From contig NW_027117346.1 in assembly GCF_038025025.1 (NCBI RefSeq), positions 1,240,001 through 1,304,000 on the forward strand: 64,000 nucleotides of DNA, given 5' to 3'. Source of the stretch: Phyllosticta citribraziliensis (Eukaryota). Positions 23,318 to 36,200 of the stretch are shown here, piece after piece; position 1 is the stretch's first letter, and each line of letters opens with the position of its first letter. The translations under genes and the position numbers were made by a program. The notes below the pieces were generated by a model. The model worked only from the letters and a program-made list of their open reading frames with translations. It made no database searches and was not told where the DNA came from.

Positions 23318-26300
23318 CTACTCCGAGTCGCTGTCCACCAGGAATCCTGCCCGCCTCCTCACGGGCCGCCGGACTGGAGCATCTTCGTCTTCGTCGCCAT
23401 CTGCCATGTCAACTTCCTTTGTGACTTTGGTGGAAATTTCGTCAGGTTCCTTGTCCATGTCGCCAACAGGCCCGGGACCAGAGACCTGTTGCGAAGAAAG
23501 GGACGTGTCTGAAACGTCTGAATCCGAGTCATCATCGCTGTTGATCGTTATAGGCGGAGCAGGCGCCTCGGACGAAGAGCGACTGCTCAATGCAACAATG
23601 TCGTCTCCGCCATCGTGATCCTCGTCAGACCCCGATGTCTTGGTCCTCTTCCTGCCTTTTGCATTTTTGCCCAGCGATTTCCTCTTCTTTTCGTTTCCAG
23701 AAGCTTCTTCGAGCTTCGTGTTGAGCAGCGCCTTGACGATTGCTTTGCTCGTGTTTTTTCTACGTTCCTCTTCTGCTGCGAAAAAAGCCTTGTCCTTTTC
23801 TTCGTCCGACTCCTCGTCCGAAGAGTGAATGAGTACGTCACTCTTGATCTTCCGCCTCTTCTCCAGCTCCTTCAATTGACGAGCCTTTCTTCGTCCCTCC
23901 TTCTCTGCGTCGTCCAGCTCCTCACTGGAATTCCTTGTGCGCCTTCTCTTCGTTTTCTTCTCTTCCACAGAGTCCGACTTGCGCGCCGTGGGACCTCCTG
24001 CAGGGAACAGCTCCTCATCATCCAAGGCGTCGGGTCCATCGTCCTCGTCAGACAAATCCGTGTCATCGCGTAGTGTGAGTCGCTGGCGTCTTGTGCGCAC
24101 CATATCTTCAGCAGATTTGTCCTCAAAAGTGGGCGGATCCCATTCAGCCTGCTGAATCAGGCGCTCGCTTTCACGCAGCTCCTCCGACGTGAGGCTGGAT
24201 GGGACAATCCAGCTGGCCTCGGTGTCGTCATCAAGTCCAATACGCATGAAGCCAACTACCTTGAGCAACAATCTGAGTTTGTTGTCTTTGAAAAGGGCAA
24301 TACGACGTTCATCATGGTCCGGTTTGACCATGATAGAGGGTGCCTTGGAGGCCTCATCGTCGTCTTGAGTCGTTTCTTGGCCATCAGAGGTTGTCTTTCT
24401 GGCTTCACTTTCCTTTTCCCATGCCTCTCTGTCCGTAGCGGCTGATGAAAGTGCGCTCCTGAGCCAAGCCAGGTGATCCATCTTGTTTTGACTGATCAAA
24501 AGGCTCACAGCAACACCAATCTGTTCTTTCTTGTCCAAGTCTCCTTTGACCTCGAGTTCTGCGGGCGGTCTTGGTGCCCTTGTTGCAATCTCCTTTTCAT
24601 GGCCGTACTCCAGGTAATACATGGTGGATGGAATTTTGCTGAAGAGCATCTCCACAACGAGTCCAGGTCTTTCCTGAACTTTTCTGACACATTTCTTGAA
24701 CAACTGCTTTACAAACTCTTGCCATTCCCGGAAGACAGGCAAGTCTGAGGGTAGGCCGTCAGGTCCCTTGATCATCTTGTTGAACAAGCTGATTATGTCG
24801 ACTCGGTAAAGCAAAACGGCAAGTTCGTTTTTAAAGGCCAGACGGTAAAAGAAGCGATGTGCCCGCTTTAATTGCTCCGGGTCAAGGTCATTGTAGAAGC
24901 GTGTGAAAGCCACGAATGTGTCGACGCAGCCCTGTGTCATGAAGCGTGCGGAAAAGCGTGTGAAATCAAACTTTCGCTCTGTTGAGACGCGATGCGCCTC
25001 GACCTCGTCATTCGCTGCGTCTCCATGATCTTCTGCGTCCCCATTGGCTTGAGCAGCTGCTTTGGCTTTTTTCCGTGCTCGCCGACGCGTTCGCACTTGT
25101 AGATCAACGTTTTGCTTTGCGTAGCGTTCGAGCATGCGGATAAAGACGTGCGCCAGCTCGGTACAAGCGTCGAGATAGCCAAAGCCCTGATCTTTGTAGC
25201 TCCGGAGAAGGGTAATGATACGGTCATGGGTCGATTCTTCGTAGAATATGCGGTTCAGGATGTTTTCAGCAATCTCCTGGTCGTCTTCACTTGTGGAGTC
25301 TGCCATTTCCTGGGTGGTGTGCAGAATACTGGTTAGGCATTTCATGCTGGCATTCAGGTCCCTCCAAGATTTTTCGTCAGCACTACGCTGCATGAAGCGA
25401 TTGAGGAAGATGAAGGTTTCTTGGTTCATGACCGACGCAATAAGCGCAAAGCTATCATCTTCAGAAGCGCTGGAACCATTGGCTTTCTCAGTCCTCTTCT
25501 TATTCCTTGCGCGGCGAGCACATTCGGCCTGGAGAAACCAAGATATCAGATAGCAAAACTGTCGCCTGTGATTTGAGCAGAGTCGAGGTGCTTCTACTTC
25601 CATGGCTTTTCGGAGATGCGTGAAGAGGGGGTTGAATGAGGAGTCGAGAAAATCCTCAACGAATTCGCGGAGAATTTGTCGCGCTGTACTGTTGAGTCGC
25701 TCCTTCTTGTCAAACTCATCCAGCGAAGTGTTGTCGATTTTGGAGCCACGATGCCTGGGTTTGTTCCACTTCTTGGTCTTGTCCATTTTGTCCATACTCC
25801 GTTCATGGCTGCTCAAGACGTCCTGACCAGATAAAGTCGAAACCTTGTCCTCATCCCGTTTGACCCAAATCATGGTGCCGAAGCGATTGTGCCGTGTTGG
25901 AGCGTGTTTTGCGTATCCTGCAAGCATCGCCTTTTCTTTCTGAATCAAGCCCTTCAACTCGTTGGTGTTTGAGCTGGCGAGCTTCTCTTCTTCCATGAAG
26001 AGCTTGTCTGCGTCGATACCCTTGATCAGGTGGAACAGTATCTCAAGTATCACCACGTCTTGTTGGACAAATTCGTCGCCGATGCTCGACGCGACGGTGA
26101 GGAGCACCGGGAATATGTCCTGCTTGTCGAAAGCTTCGATGGTCGCCGAACGTGACACTTCAGCTCCATCTCCGTCGTACGGTACGTTGCCTGGGATGGA
26201 TATTGATGCGATGTTTCGCAGGAAATATAGGGCAATCGTGATGATGCCGTCGTCTCTCGGGCTTCTTTCGCGCCGCGGCTCGTTCATCGAAGGCAGTGCG

Positions 26301-26873
26301 AGGCGCACAGCCGTGCGAAGAATCATTGCATCATGTTGGAGGATGGTACGTTTGTAATTTGTTTGCGCCAGCTGGAGATATGGAGTGTGTTTGAGGTGGT
26401 TCATGGATGGTTCGTCGTCGAGGAACTCAAGCGGCCAGGTCAAGGGGACGAGGATCTCCACTGCGGTAGATTAGCCACCTGCACTGCATCGTCTCTTGGT
26501 GCACCTACAAGCCGCCATGGCTGCTTTGGAGCGCAGAACATCGTTTGCCCTGTCCTCTGTCCAAAGGGCCAGGATCTCGCACAGATCTCCTTTGACAATA
26601 TTGGCCTCGGCCAGACATCTTGCAACGTCGTGTGAATCTTGCTTGTTGTCGTGAACTCGAAGCCAGCGACGGATATCCTTCAAGCATGCAAGAGCGTCGT
26701 CTCCGAGTACGTAGCGGCCATCGGTCTCGAGGCTAGAGCCACCAACCTGTGTGCCGTCAGTGGCCGCAACTGTCTCCTGGTGAGTAGAGGCATACAGCTG
26801 AAACAAGACTGTAGACGTGTCCGCGAATGACGGGATCGACGGTCTCAACCGTAACCCAGCCGTCGAGACTCAT
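23318..26873 (-). CDS. TOF1: Topoisomerase 1-associated factor Tof1/Swi1 (Timeless family)
   Basis: VDPVIRGHVYSLVSA..YVLGDDALACLKDIRRWL..VARCLAEANIVKGDLCEIL..EILVPLTWP..TRHNRFGTMIW..NILNRIFYEE..RAHRFFYRLAFK. Two short 5' introns near 26.77 and 26.48 kb. Confidence 0.93.
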
Positions 26874-26925
26874 GGTGCTGGCGACTATCGCATTTGGCGA
26901 TGTTGCGGGCAAATTGAGTGTCCGG

Positions 26926-26954
26926 ACGCGTCGAGCGCGTCGCAGCGCGTAAAT
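26926..26954. promoter_or_regulatory. MCB-like (ACGCGT/CGCGT) cluster in the TOF1 promoter
   Basis: ACGCGT at 26926-26931 plus GCGCGT at 26935-26940 and 26946-26951, within about 80 bp of the TOF1 ATG. Confidence 0.6.
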
Positions 26955-27112
26955 GGATGGCGGAAATAAAGTCGTGGCCGGCGTCCTGAGCCGAGGATAG
27001 ATGACTTGTGACGGCTGACGTCGGTCCGCATAGGTGCTTCCCCAGCCAACCCGCACTGCTCTCCCTCGCCTTCTTGCATCAATTAACCGTGTCAACCATC
27101 TTTAATTTCAAC

Positions 27113-28228
27113 ATGTCGTTCCTAGCCTATTCTCGTCGTGCTGTACGGCACACAGGGCTTGCTCATGTGCGCACATTTAGCTCCACCCCCGCGGCTGGAG
27201 CTGCCGCCCAGGTCAAGAAGCTGGGTGTGATCGGTGCGGGACAGATGGTCAGCGCCCAGTATCAACTCTGTCATCTATTCATCTTCTCACAACCACCAGG
27301 GCCTTGGAATTGCTCTTGTCGCTGCGCAAAAAGCTCAAGTTCCGGTCAAGCTCATCGACAATTCGCAAGCATCAATCGACAAGGGCTTAAAGTTTGCAGG
27401 TACGCGGAGAAAGCCCAATAGACAGGCATCGAGTTATTGATTGCGGGTAGACAAACTCTTGGAAAAGGATGTGTCGAAACAAAGAATCTCAAAAGATGAA
27501 GCCACTGCTGCTCGAGAAAGACTGAGCGCCAGCACCAGCATGGACGAGCTTTCTGGGGTGGACTTTGTCATTGAAGCTGTGCCAGTAAGATTGAGCGACG
27601 GTCTCGCGGAGCATTCTGACACAAAGATCAGGAAATACCAGATCTCAAGACCAAGATCTTTTCGCAGCTTGCCAAAACATGTCCTTCTCACGCCATCCTT
27701 GCGACCAACACGTCGTCCATTTCGATCACCCGCATTGCGGCATCAACGACTGAAGATCCGACAGACCTCTCTGCGCCATCGCGTGTGATTAGTACACACT
27801 TTATGAATCCTGTACCAGTGCAAAAGGGAGTGGAGATCATCACGGGCCTCCAGACGTCCCAAGACACGGTTGACACGGCCGTGGAGTTTTGCAAGAAGAT
27901 GGGCAAGATTCCGTCACAGTCTGCGGATTCTCCTGGGTTCCTGGCGAATCGCATTCTGATGCCATACATCAACGAGGCCATTATTTGTCTCGAAACAGGA
28001 GTCGGTACCAAGGAAGACATCGATGCCATCATGAAGAACGGTACCAATGTGCCAATGGGCCCTCTGCAGCTGGCCGACTTTATTGGCATCGACACTTGCC
28101 TGGCCATTATGCGGGTCCTGTACGAAGAAACGGGTGACAGCAAGTACCGACCGGCTGTGCTGTTGAAGAAGATGGTCGACGCGGGCTGGCTGGGCAAGAA
28201 GAGCGCCAAGGGATTCTACGACTATTGA
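27113..28228 (+). CDS. Mitochondrial 3-hydroxybutyryl-CoA (3-hydroxyacyl-CoA) dehydrogenase
   Basis: Arg-rich presequence, KLGVIGAGQM-GLGIA Rossmann motif, VIEAVP-E, ATNTSSISIT, STHFMNPVPV, PGFLANRILMP and PMGPLQLADFIG. Three short introns. Confidence 0.93.
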
Positions 28229-28678
28229 GACGAAGACGTAGGAACGTAATGCAATAAGAGACGATGATGCAATGGTGTTGTGTCGTGGCGCATGTGAAAG
28301 TCTGGGGCTCGTGGGTAGGGCTTAGCGGCGGCAACAAGCGAGGGACCTGTGTTTGTTTACCGCGCCCTTCCCAGCCACCTCTCAGCTGTTGGTTCCTGTT
28401 GCTCCCTGCCAGCCTCCGCATATCTGACCAGCCCTCTCCAACCCCAACGCCGCCAAAATGGCTGGCGAGCGGGTTCCTGGCAGCTTTGTGCCTCAGCAAA
28501 CAGAAAACAGTCGCCTTCTCCACCCTCTTCTGCATCTGCAATCACCGTAGCCTGGCCAGACTGGGCGCTTGCATCTCGTCCATCTCTTTGTCAACCCCCA
28601 AATCCTCGAGTCATCAATATACTTTCGTTGATCGTCCGCCCTGAACTCTGTGCCGTCCCGCTGGTACAGGTCCCCAGC

Positions 28679-29248
28679 ATGCGCTCGTCTGTTAGCCTGC
28701 TCTTCTGCCTCTTGCTAGCCTGCGCATTTGCGAAACCGCTACCACTCGACGCGCGAAACGCTGCAGATCACCAAGACAAGACGCCAAAGATTTACGATGT
28801 CGTCAATGTCGACGGCACATCCAATCTCAACCTACGCGCGCCGCCACCCCTTGACGAAAACAAGAACATTGACTCGAGATCACCCAAAAAGTCATACTCG
28901 GTAGTCAATGTCGACGGCGACGCTACAGAAACTCCGGAGCCAACAACCGTCGTCCTCACGTCAACGGCCGTCATTACCGCCTCTGCCATTCCCACCACTC
29001 AGGTCATCGTCAGTACCGAGGAGCCCCAGACGCAGACGCTGGTTTACACCGTCACCGTCGACGTCTCAAACACTCCTGCTCCCACCACGAATGCAGGAGC
29101 TGCTCCCAGCGAGACGCAGCCTTCGGTCATTGTTGTCACGACGACCGTCTCTCCCACGGATACCACGTCCTACTACGACAATGGCATGTGGCATACATAC
29201 TATCCTGTAAAGACTTGGCCGACTGATGGGCCTGCACCCAAGGCATGA
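28679..29248 (+). CDS. Small secreted Thr/Val-rich protein (189 aa), unknown function
   Basis: Signal peptide MRSSVSLLFCLLLACAFA-KP, two Y(D/S)VVNVDG motifs, a Thr-rich stalk and C-terminal YYDNGMWHTYYPVK. Confidence 0.8.
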   Translation: MRSSVSLLFCLLLACAFAKPLPLDARNAADHQDKTPKIYDVVNVDGTSNLNLRAPPPLDENKNIDSRSPKKSYSVVNVDGDATETPEPTTVVLTSTAVITASAIPTTQVIVSTEEPQTQTLVYTVTVDVSNTPAPTTNAGAAPSETQPSVIVVTTTVSPTDTTSYYDNGMWHTYYPVKTWPTDGPAPKA

Positions 29249-29759
29249 TGACGAGCGATTGGATCATGAGCGCCGAGTTGCTCTTCATTGACGAGAGATG
29301 ATGACGAGACGCAGCATTGTAATGTTTACTTGACGACTTGAGAGACGGAAAGCGATCTGCTGGATAGAAGCATCAAGAGCGACACGTAGACGGAGCGCAC
29401 TTGCCGGTAATTTGCATCGGATCGGGACAGGAAAGGAAAGGAAAGCACACGGAGGAGGACCTCATGCAATTCATGTAGATAGTTTACTCTTTGTCAATAC
29501 ATACGTACCTTTTACCGCAATGCAGAACGTGGCGTCTCCAACCCTTCGATATCGCACTGGCGGGGTGGCACGTGTGGCGGTGGGCGGGCGCGGCGGACTG
29601 GGATGGCGGCTCCCGCTTGGGCGCTCCAAGTCGCCAACGGAGACGGAGACGCCATCGCAGCGTCGTCATCCCCAGCTCAAGCATCACCCGGACCGACCTC
29701 CTCCGCAAGACTGCCCCCCACCCGTCTCCAAACACCACCAGACTCCGACAGCAGCCAAC

Positions 29760-32703
29760 ATGGCGTCGCCGACGCCCGTCGAAGACCAGTCGCGCCTGCT
29801 GGAGGATGCCTTGGGCGTGGTGCGCCAGCAGACGATGCTAATGCGGCGCTGCCTGGAGACTCCCGGGAAACTCATGGACGCGCTCAAGTGCTGGTGAGCC
29901 GCACGCCTCCTGATCGCGAGTTTCAAAACATGACTGCTGACTGCCGCCTTCCATAGCTCCACTCTAGTTTCCGAGCTGCGCACCAGCAGTCTGGGCCCCA
30001 AGCAGTACTACGAGCTGTACATGTCCGTCTTTGATGCGCTACGATATCTCTCCGTATACCTTCGCGACAACCACCCCGTAAACCACCTCGCCGACCTCTA
30101 CGAGCTCGTGCAGTATGCTGGCAACATTATCCCCCGCTTGTACCTCATGATCACCGTCGGCACCGTCTACATGGCCATTGAGGACGCACCCGTCAAGGAA
30201 ATCATGAAGGACATGATGGAGATGAGCCGTGGCGTCCAACATCCAGTCCGTGGCTTGTTTTTGCGCTACTACCTCTCAGGCCAGGCCCGCGACTACCTGC
30301 CGGCCGGCGATGGCGATGGACCCGAGGGCAATCTGCAAGACTCCATCAGCTTCATTCTGACCAACTTTGTGGAAATGAATAAGCTGTGGGTGCGATTCCA
30401 ACATCAGGGCCACTCCAGGGAAAGAGAACAGAGGACCAAGGAGAGAAAGGAGCTTCAATTGCTCGTTGGCAGCAACCTGGTTCGGCTGAGCCAGCTGGTA
30501 GACTTGGAAAATTACAAGAAGATCTTGGGACCCCTTTTGGAGCAGGTGGTGCAGTGTAGAGATGTCCTGGCACAGGAATATCTGTTGGAAGGTAAAATTC
30601 CGCCAAATTGCTGCCCGAGTGCTTTGTTGATGTTGGGCAGTCGTCATTCAAGTGTTTCCTGACGAGTTCCACCTTCACACGCTCGACCAATTCCTCTCCG
30701 CAACATCACGGCTGAATCCTCACGTAAACGTCAAGGCCATAGTCATTGGATTGATGGACCGTCTGTCTTCATATGCGGCGAGAGAGTCCGAGCAGGAGTC
30801 TCCTGAGCAGCGGTTGAAGACAGAAGAGGAGGCAGCAACAAAGCTTCTTGAGCAGTTGAGGATATCAAAAGAGACAGGCATAGAACCAACAAGGAATGGC
30901 GATGCATCAAGCCACATTGAAAGTGTGGCAGATTCAACTGCTCCCTCGGAGACCACCGCTGTCGAGCCGTCTGAAAATGCCGAAACGGAGTCGCCAGAGA
31001 CGCCGGCCGCAGAAGACGCAGACGACAAAAAGAACCGCGGCATTCCAGAGAATGTCCAGCTCTTTGAAATCTTCTACGAGCAGGTTGCGACGCTGGTCAA
31101 GATGCAACGACTGCCAATTCAAGATACAATTGCGCTTCTTCACTCTCTTACGAACCTCGCCCTGTAAGATCTGCAGACGCATTCTCCTGTTGTTGCTAAT
31201 GTAACCCAGGAACATCTACCCCGATCGCCTGGACTACGTAGATCGCGTGCTCTCGTTTGCAAACGAAAAGGTTGCACAGTACGCTAACAGTGCTGACTTG
31301 CACTCTCAAGCCTCCCAATCCAACGTCCTGAACCTCCTCCTGGCCCCTATCAAAGCATACATTTCCCTATTTACTGCTTTGGCCTTGCCAAGCTTTGTTC
31401 CTCTTCTCCACTCGCAACCCTATCCCACAAGAAGGGCAGTTGCTGGCGAGGTTGCCCGTAGTCTGCTGAGGAATCGGACCAAGGTCACATCGACAGAAAA
31501 CCTGGAGGCAGTGCTGGAGATTGTCAAGGTCCTCATTCGAGAGGGCGCACAACAATCGACGGGATACACAGGAGGCCCGCTTCAGAGGAAAGGCATGGAG
31601 ACGGACGAGACGATTGAAGAGCAAGGGTGGCTGGCACGACTTGTGCACCTGATTCAAGGTCCCGACAACGACACTCAATTCAAGGTACATCTTCCGCTTC
31701 CCAGACCATATGCAATTAGCTCACAGTCGACAGCTTCTCCAAATCGCACGCAAGGCTTTTGCAGACGGTAACGAACGTGTCAAGTACACCTCCCCAGCCC
31801 TAATCACTGCCTCTCTCAAACTCGCGCGCAAATTCAAGGCGCGGGAGCACTATGACGAGAACTGGAATTCGCAATCCAGCGCGCTGTACAAATTCGCCCA
31901 TTCGGCACTCTCGACACTCTACGCACGCGTGGCCGGCGCCGCAGACCTATCGCTGCGTCTTTTTGTTGGCTGCGGCCAAGTTGCCGACCAAACGGGCCAC
32001 GAGGAAATCGCCTACGAGTTCTTTGCTCAGGCTTTCACCATTTACGAGGAGGCCATCAGCGATAGCCGCGCGCAGTTCCAGGCCGTGTGCGTGATTGCCG
32101 GCGGGCTGCACACAACGCGCAACTTCTCCCGCGACAACTACGACACGCTCATCACCAAGTGCGCGCTGCATGGCAGCAAGCTGCTCAAGAAGCCAGATCA
32201 GTGTCGCGCCGTATACCTTGCCAGCCATTTGTGGTGGGCGACGGAGATTCGTGCACTAGGCGAAGAGGATGCGAAGGACGTCAGTGTTTTCCTGCCTTGA
32301 GAGCCTCGTTTGATGATGCTGACTTTCTATCTTGTAGCTCTACCGCGACGGAAAGCGCGTACTCGAGTGCCTACAGCGCGCACTGCGCGTCGCCGATGCA
32401 TGCATGGATACAGCTGTCAGCGTCGAGTTGTTTGTCGAGATATTGAACCGCTATGTGTACTACTTTGACCAGGAGAACGATGCTGTATGTGGATCATCTA
32501 GTCCCGTCGAAGGTCAAGCTCAACTGACGCGTGTACAACAGGTGACGACAAAGTACCTCAACGGCCTCATTGAGCTCATCCACTCCAACCTCAACACCAA
32601 CGAGGCGACTAGCAGCCTCGACAACCCGCGCAAGCACTTTGAACGCACCCTCGATTACATTGCGACCCGCGAGTACGAGGGCGTCGTTACTGAGGCCAAG
32701 TAG
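29760..32703 (+). CDS. VPS35: Retromer subunit Vps35
   Basis: [96 protein letters not shown]. About six introns. Confidence 0.97.
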
Positions 32704-33251
32704 GGAAGGCAAGTAATATGAGTACGTGGGGACTGGGAAGGACTGGCCGCAGTCGGACTTTTTCACTCGCTGTAATGTAGATTAAGGTGTGGAATGAGGA
32801 TGCGGTGGTTGGCTGCCGAGCATTTCCTGCGGTGTCGATTTTGATGGTAATGTGCCTCTTCCCCGGCACAGTGGGTGTCGAAAAAAATTGGAACTCCTGG
32901 CGATGCTGCGTTCGCTGCCAGTCATGCGTAGAGAGACGTCCGCCATAAGAAGTTGCGTTTAGGGATCAGTCGACTGCTATTGAGGCTGTGCTTGAGCTTT
33001 CGTCCACCATTGCCGCTAGATTCGGGGAGTATCACTTCTTTCTACCCCACTCTGCACTCGCTGTCCGAATGGGGGGGTCCGCTGACGGCGCACAGACTTC
33101 GTCTCATCAGGTAAGATCGACCCACTCAACTGCTACGTGGTGGTGGCAAGCACGAAAGGCAACACACCAAGACACCTTTTAACTTCGTACGCATCCTATC
33201 CCTCAGCCTCCTAGACATCACCAATTGCTCGGCTAGACATCATCAATCCAC

Positions 33252-36200
33252 ATGGCTGCGCCTCCGCCATGGCAAAGAGCTTGGGAACGAATCGAAAGGG
33301 AAAAGAAGGGCACCGTCAAATCGGAAGTATGGCGAGCATTCGAAACAATGGACGGGGACGAAAAAGCCCCGGAAAGCTTCATCCAACAGCTCAAACATGT
33401 GCGGAGTCAAGTCGACGAAAAATACTCGCCAAGATTCTGTCGAGCTGTCGAGCTTCTGGATCTCGTCCGGACCACAGGCGGACAAGTTGTTCAGTACGGG
33501 CCACAAACAGTCGGAATCGCATTCACGGCATTCAGCTTCGTCTTTGAGTTTGTCACAGCCGACAAGGATTTGTGTGATACAATCAGCATGACGATTGAGA
33601 GTGTCATCCATTGGATATTCCTGGGTGAAATCTTCACGAGAAGATACAGCCACGAGATCGAAGATGCGTCGAGCCGAAGCAATGCCCAAGAGCTGGCAAA
33701 CGCAATGATTGAGGGGACAATCGATCTTTTTGTCATAATCCTTGAGATCTGTTTGAAAATTGTTCGCTTGAAGCTCAGATATGACGCAGAAGCTACTAGC
33801 GATGATTCCAAAGACAAAGATGAATCAGTCCCTTGGATCCGTACCAAGTGCCGTGTAAAGAAGACCACGGAGCGAGTATCCAACTCGCTTTTCAGACGTG
33901 TCTTGGCTTTCTTCGGCAAAGGAAGTGAAATCCAGGGGATGCTGGAATATGGCAAGGAGAAGCTTGCTGTGTTGCAGCGAAACGCTGGTTTGAGCTTCCA
34001 AGAGATAGCTGAAAGCCAGCTCAAGGATCTCAAAAGAGACATCCAGGACCTTCCCCAAAGACTGCACAGGGCTCTGGACCCATTGCAAGAGAGTCTCAAC
34101 AGAGTCGAATGGACGGTCATGGAAACCAAAGCGAAAATGGAGCGAATGGAGAGAAGACTCGGCCAAGATGAGTTCAACGAGAATCTTCTATGGCTTCAAT
34201 CGGGTACCGCGCTCCCCATTGCGCAGCCTCGCGACCGGCAACGCGAGTTGAAGCCTGCTGCAGGAACCTGCGACTGGATTTTCAACCACGAGAGATATCA
34301 ATCGTGGAAATCAAGCAAAGCACACGTATGTTGGCTTTTTGGAGAGGCTGGAGTAGGAAAGTCCTACGTCACATCCTCAGTCATCGAGAAGTTTGTAGAG
34401 GAAAACGACGATTCCCTTGTTCTCTCCTTCTTCTGCCAAACAGGAAGCGAGTCATCTAGCAGGTGTAAATATATCCTGCTTCATCTGCTGATTCAGCTAT
34501 TTCGGAGTTGCACAGCGCTGGAGCCATACGAGGACCGTAGGGAATGTTTGGAGATCATCAAAAGAGCGAGATTTGGCCAAGGCGGAGACGAGTATCGAGA
34601 GAAGATTCAAAGAGAAGAGAGAAAGCCTAACATGATGTTGATGGAAGAAATCCAAGCCGCTTTTTTTGGCTTGCTGAGGGTATTCCGAAAGAAGGTCTTC
34701 ATCATCGTGGACGCTTTTGATGAGTGCATCGATCCCAAAGCTGGTGGACTAGTAGATGCTTTGGTCGAAAAACGAACACCGAAAGGACAGCAGAATGTCT
34801 TCCTGTGGATTTCAAGCCGACCTGAGGATCACCTGAGAGAGGTAGCGGACAAGGGGATAGCGGAAGGACAGTTCAATGTGGTTGAGATGAAGACAGAAGA
34901 CAACGATGACAACATTCGCGCATATCTCAAAGCCGCATTCAAGGAGATGAGCCACCTTCCGCAGAATCGACGAGATCGAGCTCAAAAAATCATTCTTGAA
35001 CAATCCCGCGGTTCATTTCTACGTAAGAAAACATTCCGATAACTGAGCAGTGGCTAATGAATGCAGGTGCGAGCACGGCAATCAATGCCCTTTGCGGAGA
35101 GAAGGCCATTTTCGATATCATGCAGGCATTGGACGACTTACCGATGGACATGAATCGATCATGGCAGCAAAAATGGGAGAGCCTCTCCCTTTTTCAAAGG
35201 AAATGGCTGTCGATTGCCTTCCGTTGGCTCGTACATGCCTACGGGACTATTACCACGACACTTATTGCGGATGAAATCGAAAAGAAATATTACCATCGGC
35301 TCCAGGAAGAGCAGGAATTAGGAAACGCCGAAAATGACAATCCAGACCAGCGGATTTCCAAAAGCGATGGTGAAGACGATGAAATCACCGAAGAGACAAT
35401 CGTCCTGCAACCATTGGAGCGTCCGTCAATCAAAGCCTTGAGGGAATTCGCAAGAGATTTCCTGGAGTTTCATGTGCCCGACAGAATTCAGTTGAGGTCT
35501 CGCGATATACGAGATTGGCTTCTGGATGGCAAGAAGGAGGAATATTATGAAAGTTCTCGGCACTGCCCAAGGTGTTCGGGACACATGCAGTCCGCTTCCA
35601 TTGAGGAGGTTGTGTCCAAAAATGGCTCACTTGGGATGGCTTTATACATCCTGCGAACCATCAACAACAGGGAATTCCAAAAGGAGCATCTTTTCCGCTC
35701 TGGCATTGAAAATGAAGATTACAACATGTTTATGGACGAAAAAATGTATCCCGACGGTAATGTCCTGCTGCAGGATTGGTTCACATCTACAGCAAGCGAC
35801 AAAGCCAAATCTTCGAAAGCTACACAAGGCCACAAGGGGGGTCAAATCGGCGGGGCCAAAAAAACAAAACAGTACCATGATACGCTTTCAGTGGTCGAGG
35901 CCGAAGCAACAGACTACGCATCCGATGCAGGCTCAGAAGATGGTGCACTTATTGCTCAGATTGCCCACTTGGATTATTTGGAAGGTCCTCCGGACAACTT
36001 GAACGAAGATACGGGGCCTCGCTACGAGTTCTACTATTGGGAGGCTCATATGAGAGATGCTGAAGAACAGTGGCGGCTCGACGAGCGGACTTCAAAGGAC
36101 TGGGATGAGTTGTACTCTCTCGCCGAGAAGTTCTTGGATGGACGTTCGCCAGCCTTTAGAGCCTGGATGAGGGAGTATGTTACCGATCAAACGAGGCCTG

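Noticed and set aside
33252..33700. Amyloid signalling motif (HET-s/sigma/PP type) at the NLR N-terminus with an adjacent HeLo/gasdermin effector
   Set aside because: The N-terminus looks helical, with no N/G/Q-rich pseudo-repeats, and no such effector ORF is seen nearby.
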